64,000 nt of DNA from Octopus sinensis (taxonomy: Eukaryota), in contig NC_042998.1 of NCBI RefSeq assembly GCF_006345805.1, positions 171,306,001 through 171,370,000 of the forward strand. Reading direction: 5' to 3'. The notes beneath the pieces were generated by a model. The model did no database searches. It saw nothing but the letters and a program-made list of their open reading frames with translations, and had not been told where the DNA came from. Positions 38,280 to 50,215 of this stretch are shown in pieces; the stretch's first letter is position 1; every line of letters begins with the position of its first letter. Position numbers and translations under genes: made by a program.

Positions 38280-38995
38280 TGTAGCCGAAACGGGTGATGA
38301 GGTCTCGTGGGTCGGATAGTCTAGATTCACTAATGGCTGCAACATCTACAAGTGACCTTGTTTCCAAGGCGACCCGAGGTCCCTGACATTTATGAGACCT
38401 ACTCTGAGCATCACCATACCAAGGTAAATTTAGATGGCGGTGCATTGTGCGTTGGGATGACAAAGTCTTCCATTGTGGTATTTGTGTTTTCTCTAATGTG
38501 TGTAACAAACTCTATATTGTCTGTGTTGATGGCTGTGTGGTTGGCGGTGTTTGTGCAGTCTGTTTGTGTTGTGCATTGTGTTGGCGTTTGAGGTGGTAGT
38601 GATAGTGTTGTTGGTTCTTGTGTGTTGTTGCTGTTAGGAAGTTCCTCTTTTTTGTGCCACCCCTTTTATCTTCAACTGTCTTTTTCTTTTTTGGGGGTGG
38701 GGGTGGGGAGAGTGGGATGTCTGCCACTCCCTCCTCTCGACCTCAGTACTTTCTTTTCTCTCTTCCCCCTCTTTTTCAGGAACAATAGTGGTGATTTCTT
38801 GGTTTTCTTTGTTGTTGCTGATAGTGGTGGTGGTGTTGGTACTGCTGTGTGCGTGCTAGTGCTATGAAGAGGGGGAAAATCAACAATGTACTGGCTGTTG
38901 TAACAGCCAGAAACACTCCCCTCCGCAACAGAGTCTATATTATTTTTCGTCAAAACGAAAATCAAACACAGTTTTTTAAAATTTCTTTTTAAAAA
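38280..38995 (-). mobile_element. L1/Tx1-like LINE 5' fragment (ORF1 remnant plus start of the AP endonuclease)
   Basis: Minus strand NVRDLG...VDVAAISESRL resembles the AP-endonuclease N-terminus. The upstream part is a K/T/P-rich low-complexity ORF1-like remnant. Confidence 0.55.
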
Positions 38996-39000
38996 AGGGC

Positions 39001-39200
39001 GGATCTTTTCGTTTTGACCGGCAGGTTTTTAAAATAATTTCTTTGTAACTAAACACTTTTAAACTTCGTATACTGGTAGAATGTGTTTATAAAACATCTT
39101 TTTCTCTTGGCTTTCTTGAGAAAATTCTGTAGTTTGTAAGCTATTTGTTGTTTAATTTCTTGCATTTCGGCAATCAATGACGTCTATTGAGGTGAATACA
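39001..39200. mobile_element. Truncated second copy of the 2254-2697 MITE
   Basis: GGATCTTTTCGTTTTGACCGGCAGGTTTT...AAACTTCGTATACTGGTAGAATGTGTTTATAAAACATC, nearly identical to 2254 onward. Confidence 0.9.
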
Positions 39201-39249
39201 ATTTCTCCGAATCTTTGTCAACAACAATTATTTGCAGTGTCATTTGAAT

Positions 39250-39812
39250 TTGGCACTGTTACTTATGACATATTTCATTTTGATTAGCGTACAGGAGGGC
39301 ATCAACAGTGAAAGAAGAAGCATAGCAGAATATTTGATAAACAGCAAACAAGACATGCTACAGTATGCTGCTAATGCAGAAGTATTTACCAAAAATGGAC
39401 TTGAGAGTGCTCATGAATTCCTATCACGAATAGCCAACGATGGAATTACATGATCAATTCACCGTGAAACTTACAACTTGAAAGACTAGGAAGCATCATG
39501 GAGGTGGCTCAGCAAGGGTGACCTAAAAAAGAATACTGTAAACCTAATCTTCGCTCCCCAGGATCAAGCATTGAATACCAACTTAATGAAAAGAGATATA
39601 TACCACACAAGTGCAACGAACCCCTGCAGAATATATGATAAAAAGGTCGTAGGGGCATTGTAAAAATCGGCATTACTTGGAACTGCACGCATATTACGTC
39701 AAGTACTGTCTGTCTGTGGTCCTTGTTGTGACTTGACAGAGAGTACAAGCCCCCGGTAGACACAATATCTTCAATCAACAACATCACGATATTGGATACT
39801 GTGCGACGTCTT
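39250..39812 (+). mobile_element. Degraded RLE-type (R4/Dong-like) LINE 3' fragment with (TAA)n tail
   Basis: SWRWLSKGDLKK...LIFAPQDQALNTN, homologous to the next element. Followed by (TAA)n. Confidence 0.7.
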
Positions 39813-39876
39813 AAATAATAATAATAATAATAATATAATAATAATAATATAATAATAATAATAATAATAATAATAG

Positions 39877-41077
39877 TGGTGGTGGTAGAGGCGTTATACA
39901 GCTGGAAAACTACTATAAAATAACCACCATAGAACTGCAAAAATATGTACTTCAGAAGGAAGGAAAACTGATACAAATAGCGGCAAAACACGAGCAAAAC
40001 AAAAAACTGTTCTCAGTATTTAAGGAAGCTGACAAATACAAACAAGAAATCATACCACCTAACAAATATGAAGAAGAAGAAGAAGAAGAAGAAGAAGAAG
40101 AAGAAGAAGAAGAAGAAGAAGAAGAAGAAGAAGAAGAAGAAGAAGAAGAAGAAGAAACAACAAAAGCTATAAAACAAATGAAATCCAAACTAAAAATAGA
40201 ACAGCAACGAACCATGATAAAACGATGGCAAGAAAAGCCCCTCCATGGCAAATACTGGACTAAACTAAATGCAAAAGAAATAGACAAAGAAAAATCCCAA
40301 CAATGGTTGAGAAGCTCAGGACTCAAAGCAGAGACAGAAGGATTTTTAATTGCAGCACAAGACCAAAGCCTCCCCACCAGAAATTACCAAAAACATGTAA
40401 TGAAAAGAAATATTACAAGTAACTGCAGAATATGTGGAGATGGACACGAAACAATAAATCATATTATCTCTGGCTCCCCAGTCCTGGCTAAGAAGGAATA
40501 TATTCACAGACACGACAGAGTTGGTTCCTATATACACTGGAAAAAATGACAACATTATGGAATAACAACAGAAAAAAGATGGTATAGGCACACACCAGAA
40601 AAGGTCACAGAAAACGAGAAAGCAACCATACTCTAGGATATGCCAATACACACAGATAGAGAAATTAAGGCCAACAGACCAGATATAGTTGTCAGAGATC
40701 ATGAAGAAAAAAATGTTTTCTAATTGATGTATCAATACCAGCGGATGACAACGTGTCTCTAAAAGAAATGGAGAAACTTTCAAAATACAAAGACCTGGAA
40801 ATAGAGGTAACCAGAATGTGGAATCTAAAAACAGAAACAATTCCTATCATAGTAGGTACATTAGGCATGATAAAAAAATATTTAGAAAAATACATAACAA
40901 AAACACCAGGACTTACAAACACATAACGTACAGACTACTAGGCACTGCACATATCCTACTCAGAACACTTTCCATACAATAACCGTCAGAGCATCACAAC
41001 AAATCACAGCACATACCCAAGGCACACAGAGCTGTGCTCGGTAGTGAAGTGAAAGCACGATATAAAAAAATATACTA

Positions 41078-41080
<3 letters not shown>
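39877..41080 (+). mobile_element. 5'-truncated R4/Dong-like non-LTR retrotransposon (zinc knuckle plus restriction-like endonuclease)
   Basis: GGRG, WQEKPLHGKY, LIAAQDQSL, CRIC....ETINHIISG, YIHRHD, ANRPDIV, LIDVSIP, EKLSKY.DL, PIIVG. Flanked by (TAA)n on both sides, with an internal (GAA)n at 40069-40155. Confidence 0.92.
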
Positions 41081-41130
<50 letters not shown>

Positions 41131-41299
41131 TATTTTCAAAAGATTGAGGTAACACTTCACAATCCTATACTTATTGAAAATAAAAATAATGACGATCGAA
41201 TCTGGCGTAATTGGATTGAAAAGAATTCCAATTGGTATCCAGATAAAGTTCGGGATGGACGTTCACAAGCACTACTGGAATTTTTTGAATCTTGTCAGA

Positions 41300-42850
41300 C
41301 AGGCATTAGGGAAAGCTTAAAAACAAGCGGAAGTTCTGGAACTGGAATTCCCAGCGTTTCGCGCTCCGTCGTCCAGCTAAAAAATGATTCTATTGTTATT
41401 AAAAGGGCAGATAAGGGCGGCGCTGTTGTAGTTATGGACAAAAGTAAGTATATTTCGACTTGTGAAGAAGTTTTAAGTGACATTTAATATGAAGAATTAC
41501 CTGTCGATCCAAATCCTAATTCATTAATAAGGCCGAATGCAGAATTTTACGGTCAGAAAGAAGAACACTTGTATTTTATAGTCTCTCCAAAATACACAAA
41601 AAGTTCGAAATTTCAGAGTGGCTAGATGGCTTTCTACTCTCTGTCGCAAAAAGATCGGGATACTTTTCCTGTACTAAGAATACTTTTGATTTTGTGTCTA
41701 AAATCAACAACTTCTTTTTAACTACGGAAGTTATGTTGAAAACTGTTTTTTGGTAACCATGGATGTTTCTTCCTTATATCCCAATATTGATCACGATGAA
41801 GGGGTAGAAACATGCATGGACGCCTTCGAATAACGGTCATACAAAAGTATTCCGTCTAATTTTCTCTGTAGGCTATTGAAGTTTGTGTTACAGAGTAACA
41901 CAATGAAGTTTGTACAAAACTTTAACCACCAGACGAGATGCTGCGCCACAAGTATCCCCATGGGAGTCAATCTCGCTGTCTTCATGATAAAATTCGAGAC
42001 ACAGTTACTGAAAATATTCAAATCCCGACATGGTCATGAACCAATACTCTGGTTACGATTCATTGATAACGTCTTTTTTTTTTGTCTGGGAAGGATCACA
42101 GGATAGTTTAATTGATTTCTTGCATTTCTGTGAGTGTTATACTAAAAGCTATGGCTTTAAGTCCAACATAAAATTTACGTCTAGTTTTTCAAAAACTAGC
42201 GTTGAATTTTTGGACACAAGATTTAAGTTTTCTGGAGGCTGAATAGTAACAGAGTTATTTTGCAAGCCCACGTCATCCCACATTTTCCTCCACCGCCTCT
42301 TCGATCATCCACATCATATAATTCGATGAAATCCCAAATCCCAATTTTTGAGGATAAAGCGGATTTGTATTGACATAGAGGATTACAGGACATATGCAAA
42401 TGCTTTTCTACATCATTATGTCAAGTGCAGTTATAGCGAATCATAATTAAAGGAAATCGCAAATGACATAACTAAGTTTATCAAAGAGAGTCAAACTTTC
42501 CCGAATAATTTTAGCAAGCAAATTACAATATGTGACAGAATTCCTTTAGTGATTAACTGGCACTTAAATTTCGCTGGCATTTCAAAAGTGTTACATGAAA
42601 GTTTCCCGCATGTTGCGGAAAAATTCCAAACAATTATTTCCTCAGTCGTCTATTGTAGCCTTTAGATGGAATAACATATGAAAACTATTAACCTCTACTT
42701 TTGACTCCAAGAAAACTACCATTGGAGTTTCTGCTCACCGTACCTTGAGAAACGGCGGCAAGACGGTTAAGCCCTGTTCATTGTGCAACAACATGAGTCA
42801 AGTCGATTCTACCAGGAATCATAACAGAAATGTTATGATTTACACGGAAG
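41300..42850 (+). mobile_element. Degraded PLE reverse transcriptase and linker
   Basis: IVIKRADKGGAVVVMDK, VTMDVSSLYPNIDHDEG, PMGVNLA, LWLRFIDNVF, VEFLD, KPT, PKSQFLRIKRIC. Confidence 0.88.
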
Positions 42851-42859
42851 GTGTACACA

Positions 42860-43350
42860 GAAAGAATAACTAAAAGAGTGCATTGGGATGCCGAGTGTGT
42901 AACTTCGAAATAACACGAAAGTGGTATGAACACAAACAGAGAATGAAAATTAATGGATATGATGAAACTTTCCCTTCAGCTCTGACCATACTGTTGAAGC
43001 AAGGAAACCAGATATGACTATTGAGGACAAAATACACTGTTCAAGATCATGGGCTTTGCAATTCTCTATGATGATAGAATCGGTACGAACGAAATTGAAA
43101 AAGTTGAAATATAAAAAAAAAGGATCGAGCCAGAGAGTTGAAGAAATTGCGGAAGAGAAAGACAATAATTATTCCCGTGGTAACTGGTGCACACAGCACA
43201 ACACCCAAATTGCCACTCAAGAGACTGAAAGATATTGAAATTCGCTTTGTTAACTTGTAGAAAAATACCATCTTATACTCTGTAAGAATCCAAAGGAAAA
43301 TGCTTGACGTTTGAGGATATTTGTCACCAAACCTCAAGCTAACAGTCCTG
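42860..43350 (+). mobile_element. Degraded R4/Dong-like RLE fragment
   Basis: VHW...KWYEH...DHTVEARKPD...IIPVVTGA. Followed by (TGA)n. Confidence 0.7.
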
Positions 43351-43375
43351 CTAATTAAATTAGCATGAACTAGCT

Positions 43376-43410
<35 letters not shown>

Positions 43411-43479
43411 CTGATGATGATCATGATCATCATCATCAGCATCATCATCATCAATAACAACAAAAATGTAATAATCCTT

Positions 43480-43689
43480 TCTACAAAAGGCACAAGGACT
43501 GAAATTTTGAAGGAAAGGACTAGTCGATTACATCGACGCCAGGATTCAACTGGTACTTAATTTATCAACTTCGAAAGGCTGAAAAGGCAAAGTCGATCCC
43601 GGTGACGTTTGAACTCAGAACATAAAGTCGGGCGAAATACCGCTAAGCATTTTCCCGAGGTGCTAACTATTCTACCAGCTCGCTACCTT
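43480..43689 (-). mobile_element. Family A SINE (diverged)
   Basis: AGGCAAAGTCGATCCCGG...TTTGAACTCAGAAC...CGAAATACCGCTAAGCATT...CCAGCTCGCTACCTT. Confidence 0.85.
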
Positions 43690-43726
43690 ATTATTATTAT
43701 TATCATTAGTAGTAGTAGTAGTAGTT

Positions 43727-43796
<70 letters not shown>

Positions 43797-43822
43797 GGAA
43801 TATCAATGGTATCAATTGTTCA

Positions 43823-43864
<42 letters not shown>

Positions 43865-43870
43865 TATATA

Positions 43871-44774
43871 CTAGCAGTATTGCCCGGCTTTGTGTGACTA
43901 TTAATCGCACTGAGGAAAATCGATTAATCTGCGAGTGAAAAATCAATACTTTCTTACACAATGTACGTACGTGCGCTCGTGCGTTTTATGCACGCGCGAA
44001 TTAGCTAAACTTGGATGAAGTTCAATCAAAATTCAATTATTTTGGTTTTAAAATCAAGCATTTAATGCCCTCTATTTTTGCGCTTATGTGTTCCATTTTC
44101 TCAATAGGAAGTATGTAGAAGCGTTTCATAATTTTTTGTTGATCAAATAATTGCATTGTTGAATTATTCCTTTAGATCAGTATTTCTCAACGGGGATTTC
44201 AGGGGAGAGTTTCAGGGAGTCGCTGGCGATGTATCGTGATGATCAAAAATCCGGCCTGCTAAAATTTGGTTAAAGTGATTCAAACTGCAGACTCAACACA
44301 AAATGGTCACATTTAATTCAAAGCGTTAAAAATGTTATGAAAACAATTGGTATGTGTTCACAAAGTCCAAACGATTAATACGAAAAAACCCTCCAGGCTA
44401 CATCCCGAAAATTAATTTCTTTGCCGAATTTCTACAATGTTTACGGCGATTCGTTTTTATATCTTGATTTTTTTATTTTTCATGCAATTTACGCATGCTT
44501 GCACGCGTGGTGAACACAGTTCACATCAAACAGCTGACTGAGTAAAGTTCACTATTCAATACATGGGATAAGGCCTAAACAAACACATTATCGATTTTTG
44601 CACTTGCGAGATGAATTTCGGAACAGAAATAGCGCAGTTCAATTTTCATTCGTCTAAACTTTAAGTGACCCATTTTTGGTGGTTCTACGATTTGTTGGCT
44701 AGGAGGAGATGTGCCGGGAAGTTAAACACACAGACACATACACAGATACACAAGTTGAGTTTTATATATATAGA
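43871..44774 (-). mobile_element. Non-autonomous Helitron
   Basis: Minus strand starts TCTATATATATAAAA and ends ...GCCGGGCAATACTGCTAG (decayed subterminal hairpin plus CTAG). Inserted between A and T, no TSD. Confidence 0.75.
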
Positions 44775-44809
44775 TTTATATATTGAACAATTGATACCGT
44801 TCATATTCC

Positions 44810-44863
<54 letters not shown>

Positions 44864-44890
44864 AATAATAAGGCAGCGAAAGCGAGAGAG

Positions 44891-44954
<64 letters not shown>
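44810..44954. repeat. (TTA)n and (GA)n microsatellites
   Basis: Direct reading. Confidence 0.9.
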
Positions 44955-44957
<3 letters not shown>

Positions 44958-45664
44958 CACTGGCTTATGTAGTCTGAATTCTTCATTTACCTTCAAAAAG
45001 CAATTTATCTGAACAGGATAAATTAAGCGAACGGACATTATTCAGAGTTGTTAGGAGAAGCTCATACAGCGATTACCATTAGAGAAAAAGATTGTTAGCA
45101 ATTGATCAAAGTGAAAGAAAAAGAGAACCCGCTTATATCCTATAAGATGGAGTTTTCATTGGATACAACTGTATACAGTTAATGATGCCGTATAACATGT
45201 GAGTCAGATGGCTCAATGAACAGTCTAGTTTTTGTCAAAGAAACCATCACACGATGAGATTAAGAGTGATCAAATCTAGTATCTAGTCATGACGACAGGA
45301 AAGTACGGTATAGATAAAAAAAAAATTATAATAGTTGGTGACATAAGAGCGATCGAAATAATTTCTTATCGCTCCCCACCGCACAAACATACAGGTTGAG
45401 GAACAACTCGCAATAACCGGTCCTGAGCATCGGTCCTGCAGAATCACTTTCTGTTCATCTCTTACCCGCGTGTGTCGACTTGCAATATTTTAAACGGAAC
45501 GTTAATAGCATGACTCTCACTCGTCCCGGAAAGGCTTGTAAAGGCCATGAGCTCTGACTCTTACTCCAGACCCTGCAAAATACAAAATATAGAAGACACA
45601 AGACAAAACAAAAAACAATAACAGCAAAAAATTACCCGTAAGCACACAAGCAAATATGCAAATA

Positions 45665-47513
45665 CAGTAGTACCTCGGTTTTCGAACAATTTGTTTCTTT
45701 ATTGCCCACACGGGGACAACATAAACGGGACAATACAGCCTGATTTGGGGTCAGACACACAAAATGAGATATAAAAATTTACAACGAATTCGAATGGAAA
45801 ATCGGATGGTAACACAAATTACGAAACAAATTGACAAACATGAAATGAGGCAGGGGAACAGGTTTTAGGCCTGACTCCACGAGCTCTGTTCCACTACCGA
45901 CACTTTTTGCTAAGCTCTATGAGATGTTCACGCAGTGTCTTTCACACACAGCATTCGTGCAACACGTGCCCATCTATCTTTGTACATTCTCGCTGACAGG
46001 CATCTCCTCTCCAGCCCCACTTTCCTTTTCAGGTGAAAGGGGAAAAATCTCATCAAACCGAGACCAGAGATGAAGCTGCCCGTCACCAATCATTTCATTC
46101 TCGACTTCCATATCACCTCTTTCGCGATTGCTACTACCACGACAAAACAATTCTTACCTTCTTTCGTAAGGAAATCCGGGGGTCAATTTTTAGAATTTAC
46201 TCAGAAGACAGTTGTACTCTTCTTGCATCTGACAACAGGTGTTCTGCATAAGTCCACACTTCTGACACTTCCGGACAGTGACCAATAGCGTGCAGGACGG
46301 TTTCCCAGTCCTTCTCGCATCTTGAACAGGCCGATGGGCCGAGATGGCCGTGTCTAGTGAGCTTATCCCGAACGGGTAAGGCTCTTCGGTAACACTGCCA
46401 AGCCAGAGACTTTTGGGAGTTATCCAGTGTCTTCGGCCGAATATCCTTTGGAACATACTGTCTAACTGATTATTATCGAGACTCAGGGTCTGCCCAGGGT
46501 CTGCCCCAGGGTGTCATCACATCCACCCTCTACCAACCTGCTATAAAAAGATTCGGTTGTACCAAAACCGCTGGCATTGCCCGAGCGACGGAACTGTACG
46601 AGAGCCTTAAGGCATTCTGTATACCAAGTACCCAACCTCGATCTTCGACGAAACCGGCTTTCTCATCCACCAAAACTAGTGAACCTGGGAAACATCCGTT
46701 TCGCAAGCGGAGACCACACTCGTTCACCATCCAGGTAAAGCCAGTGGTGCCTCAACCTCAACTCATATTTGCGCATCAACAGACAAGGAATCCCTAGCCC
46801 ACTCTTTAACAGTTTTTGACAACAGAGAGAACGTCTCGCAAGTGGAGTCGAGCCCTTCCACAAGAAGCGGAAGATCTGTCTCTCCAACTTGCTCAACCAC
46901 GAATCTGGACAAGGAACGACGGTTAAGCGGTAAATGATGATCGATGCGATGAATACATTAGCACCTCCTCCCTCCCTTTCAAGGAGAGCCACCGCCAAGA
47001 CCAGGTCTTGATTACGAGTGTCACTTTGTTCGATACCTCCGTCGATCCTTTTCTACCTGGAGATCTGGGCCAAACCAGACACCTAGCAACTTAACCGGAC
47101 CCTCTGTCCAATGTCTCACGACGCTATTCGAAGGCATCGACTTGCCCCTCCAGGTGCCGAGCTGCAAGCCGACTGATTTTTCCCGGTTAACCTTTGTTCT
47201 TGCCACCGTCTCGTAGGCATTAATGGTTTCACCTACCCTCTGTAGGTGTTCCATCTTGGTCACGATGATGGTGATGTCGTCCGCGTATGCTGAAACTGAT
47301 CCTCCACAACTTGGAATCGTCGGGATGTCACTCAGCTTTAGCAGCAACGGCTCAAGAGCCATCACGTACAAAAGTAGAGAGAGTGGACATCCTTGGCGAA
47401 TTTTTATATCTCATTCTGTGTGTCTGACCCCAAATCAGGCTGTATTGTTCCGTCTATGTTGTCCCCGTGTGGGCAATAAATAAATAAGTTGTTCGAAAAC
47501 CGAGGTACTAATG
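45665..47513. mobile_element. Composite element: Tigger/pogo-type ends with 115-bp inverted repeats enclosing an L1/Tx1 fragment
   Basis: TA|CAGTAGTACCTCGGTTTTCGAACAA... at 45665 and ...TTGTTCGAAAACCGAGGTACTAATG|TA at 47513. Inverted repeats 45665-45779 and 47399-47513. Confidence 0.85.
45690..47398 (-). mobile_element. L1/Tx1-clade LINE ORF2 3' portion (RT, zinc knuckle) and 3' tail, pseudogenised
   Basis: RQGCPLSLLLYVMALEPLL, VSAYADDITI, VNREKS, VKLLGVWFG, IFRFLWKG, CSRC....ETVLH....C. Tail ...GTGGGCAATAAAGAAAC. Confidence 0.92.
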
Positions 47514-48089
47514 TATATGTACAAGTACACACACACGCACACTCACACATACATTCATACATTCGCGCGCGTGCACACACACACAAACACACAAACCACA
47601 CAAAACCGCACATATCAATATCAATAGCCAAATCTGACTAAATTTATTCAGATGTCAGACTACTGGACGAAATGTTCGCAATGGAGACTGTTAGACGAAA
47701 ATATCCTTAGTGGAATTGCTATGAATCGCATATAAAGAAACGTAATCTTTCTTTATTAGTCTAGCTTCATTAACTATAATGAAAAGAGATTAAATTCATA
47801 GTTGTAGCAATCTATAGCTGATGAGGTTTTTGTTAGTTCGAGAAGATCAATTAAATTTTTCAGTTTCATTTTTTTACATGCAAATGTTTATATCGTCATT
47901 GATTTGGCGTCAGCATTTCGTCCACACATTGATAATTTTCTCACGTACTTTAATGTTTTGTCATCACCAGTCTATTTAAATGTTTTGTATTTGTATTGCT
48001 ACTAAAACAAAAATATAATGATGATAATGTTGGTAGTGGTGGTGGTGATGACGACGACGACGACGAGGATATTTGTCATCATCTTTGCT

Positions 48090-49080
48090 AATATTTGCTT
48101 TCCACAGAGAAGCCATGTATCATTCAGCGGTCTGGAAGTTGTACAATATCTCTCAGACAACACCTGCTACACAATAGCAGCAAAGTTGAATACATAAACC
48201 TACGAGACTTGAAAACTAAGCGAACAACATCTTATGTATTGGCAGTGAACAACTTAGGAAGTATTTTCTTCCCGTGACTTCCCAGACCACCTAAAACAGC
48301 GGCACTAATATATTTCACAGAAGATCTAATATGAAATGTTCAGCAAATAAAAACAAAACCCCAAAAAACTATGCGTGGTATGTTTCCCCAAGACACGAAG
48401 TGCAGCTTCTCTTGGACTCGTGACCACTACATCACATAACATTTTGAAGGCTATGTATTTGCAACCCTCTTTTTGTTATGAGGTATTGCTACAAAATACC
48501 TAAAAAAAAAAAAGGCAGTGAAACCATTGAAGTCCTAAGATGCAATCGAAAATGTCGATTATGTCGCATTTCTGTAAAATACCACATATGTGATCAGTAG
48601 CTGCCCCCCAAAAACATCAAAGTACTACCTCCCAATGATGCTGTCGAGAAAACAATATACAATGATATTGGAAAAAAAAAAGGCTGATCTGGGATAAATA
48701 TAGAAAACACCAAATATAAACACAAAGAATATTGTCGAGTGTAAACATAACAGGACGGATATTGTTGTTTGGGACAGACACAAAAAGTATGTACCGTGAT
48801 AGAAGTCAGTTGCCTTACTGATGTGAAAATCAAAGAGAGCGAGGATAACTGCGACCAACTGTTTTGAAACCTTTAGCTTTTCTGCCCAGATTATAATTTC
48901 ACATTTAAACCAATAATAATTAGTGCCCTTGGTTTTGTTAATAAACGCCTGAGCGAATATCTGGGAAAGCTAGGGTTTTCAGAGAAAGAAATCAACCAGC
49001 TAACACGCACATTACATGTACAATCTGTAAATGGAACAGTAAAAATATGCAAGGTATTTCTCATGTTCAAAATCTAACAT
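48090..49080 (+). mobile_element. Degraded RLE-bearing non-LTR retrotransposon (CRE/NeSL-like) 3' fragment
   Basis: KCRLC...ISSCP, CKHNRTDIVVWD, CTVIEVSC..D, PIIISALG remnants. Confidence 0.7.
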
Positions 49081-49202
49081 TGTTTTTATTCTAAATATTC
49101 CGGCAGAACTTTGTATCTTTGTTAGAAAGCAATTCCTTTCTTACAGGGAGAATTCAAATGATTAAAAACAGAACAGTACATACATACATTATATATAAAA
49201 TA

Positions 49203-49990
49203 CAGGAGTCCCTCGCGATACAGGTGTAACGAGTACTGGAAAACTCGCTGTAACGAGAAGGCCGTAAAGCGAAGTTAATTTTCCCATTGATTTTAATATT
49301 ATATAGTGATAATGCTTCTATAAAAACAACAAAAGTAAGCAACACGGCCATTTTAATACATGAAAAAAAAACCCCAACATCTAATAATACACAGTGCAAT
49401 ATGTATACATAAAATATTTGCAAGATGGTGGATTTGAAAAATTTGCAGACCTTCCCTTATAAGAGTCAACTATAAGTACCAACCGTTTAGTAATATTCTC
49501 TAAATCAATTTAAGTGGAATTGGCGGACTATCTGCATACTCATCTGTTTTCTCAGCTTAGTCTTGTTCTAACAAATCGAGATTATTCTTAAAAAAACTTT
49601 CTGTATGAGACATTAGCAATTCAACTACATCATCTTCTATGGCTTTTACAAACTTTACATGATTTGCAAATGTCAATATTTTTCTGAATTTGATGTAGAC
49701 TTTCTAATTGTGGCAAACTTACAAAGTAACAGACATAATATTGCCATATATTTTTCCAAGGACCATTCAAACTCATTTCACTTCTTTCCATGACTCAGTT
49801 ATCCGCCACATCAATAATATCGAATTTTTCCAGAAGTCTCTAACTGCAGGCTTATCCTCACAAGTTACTTTAATAAGTTGTTTGAAAGTTCTTAGATAAC
49901 CTTGAAGTTTGTTGCTATCACACCTCTGTCCATTGTCTGGAGCAAAGAAGTTGTATTCTTGAGGTATAATTTACTGTCACATTATCAGAA
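49203..49990 (-). mobile_element. Tigger/pogo transposon fragment (one TIR plus DDE C-terminal part)
   Basis: TA-CAGGAGTCCCTCGCGATAC end. Minus strand NTTSLLQTMDRGVIA..FK (cf. PPNTTSLLQPMDQGVI) and DFWK...ESWKEVK. Confidence 0.8.
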
Positions 49991-50039
49991 AGCTCAATTA
50001 AGTTCACTGATTGGCTTGGTGCAATGTATATTGCGCCTT

Positions 50040-50215
50040 TCTACTCAGAACAAAAAGTGTTTGTAAACTACTCACATCTCTTTATGTCCCGAGTTCAAAT
50101 CTCACCGAGCCGAAATTTTCTTTCTACTCTTTTGGAATCGATAATATAAGGTACCGGGGTCAATTTAATCGATAATAGCTATCTCCAAAATGAGACTTTG
50201 TACAAATGTTAGAAA
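50040..50215 (+). mobile_element. Highly diverged family A SINE
   Basis: GAGTTCAAATCTCACCGAG...TCGATAA...GTACC...GGGGTCAATTTAATCGA. Confidence 0.6.
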
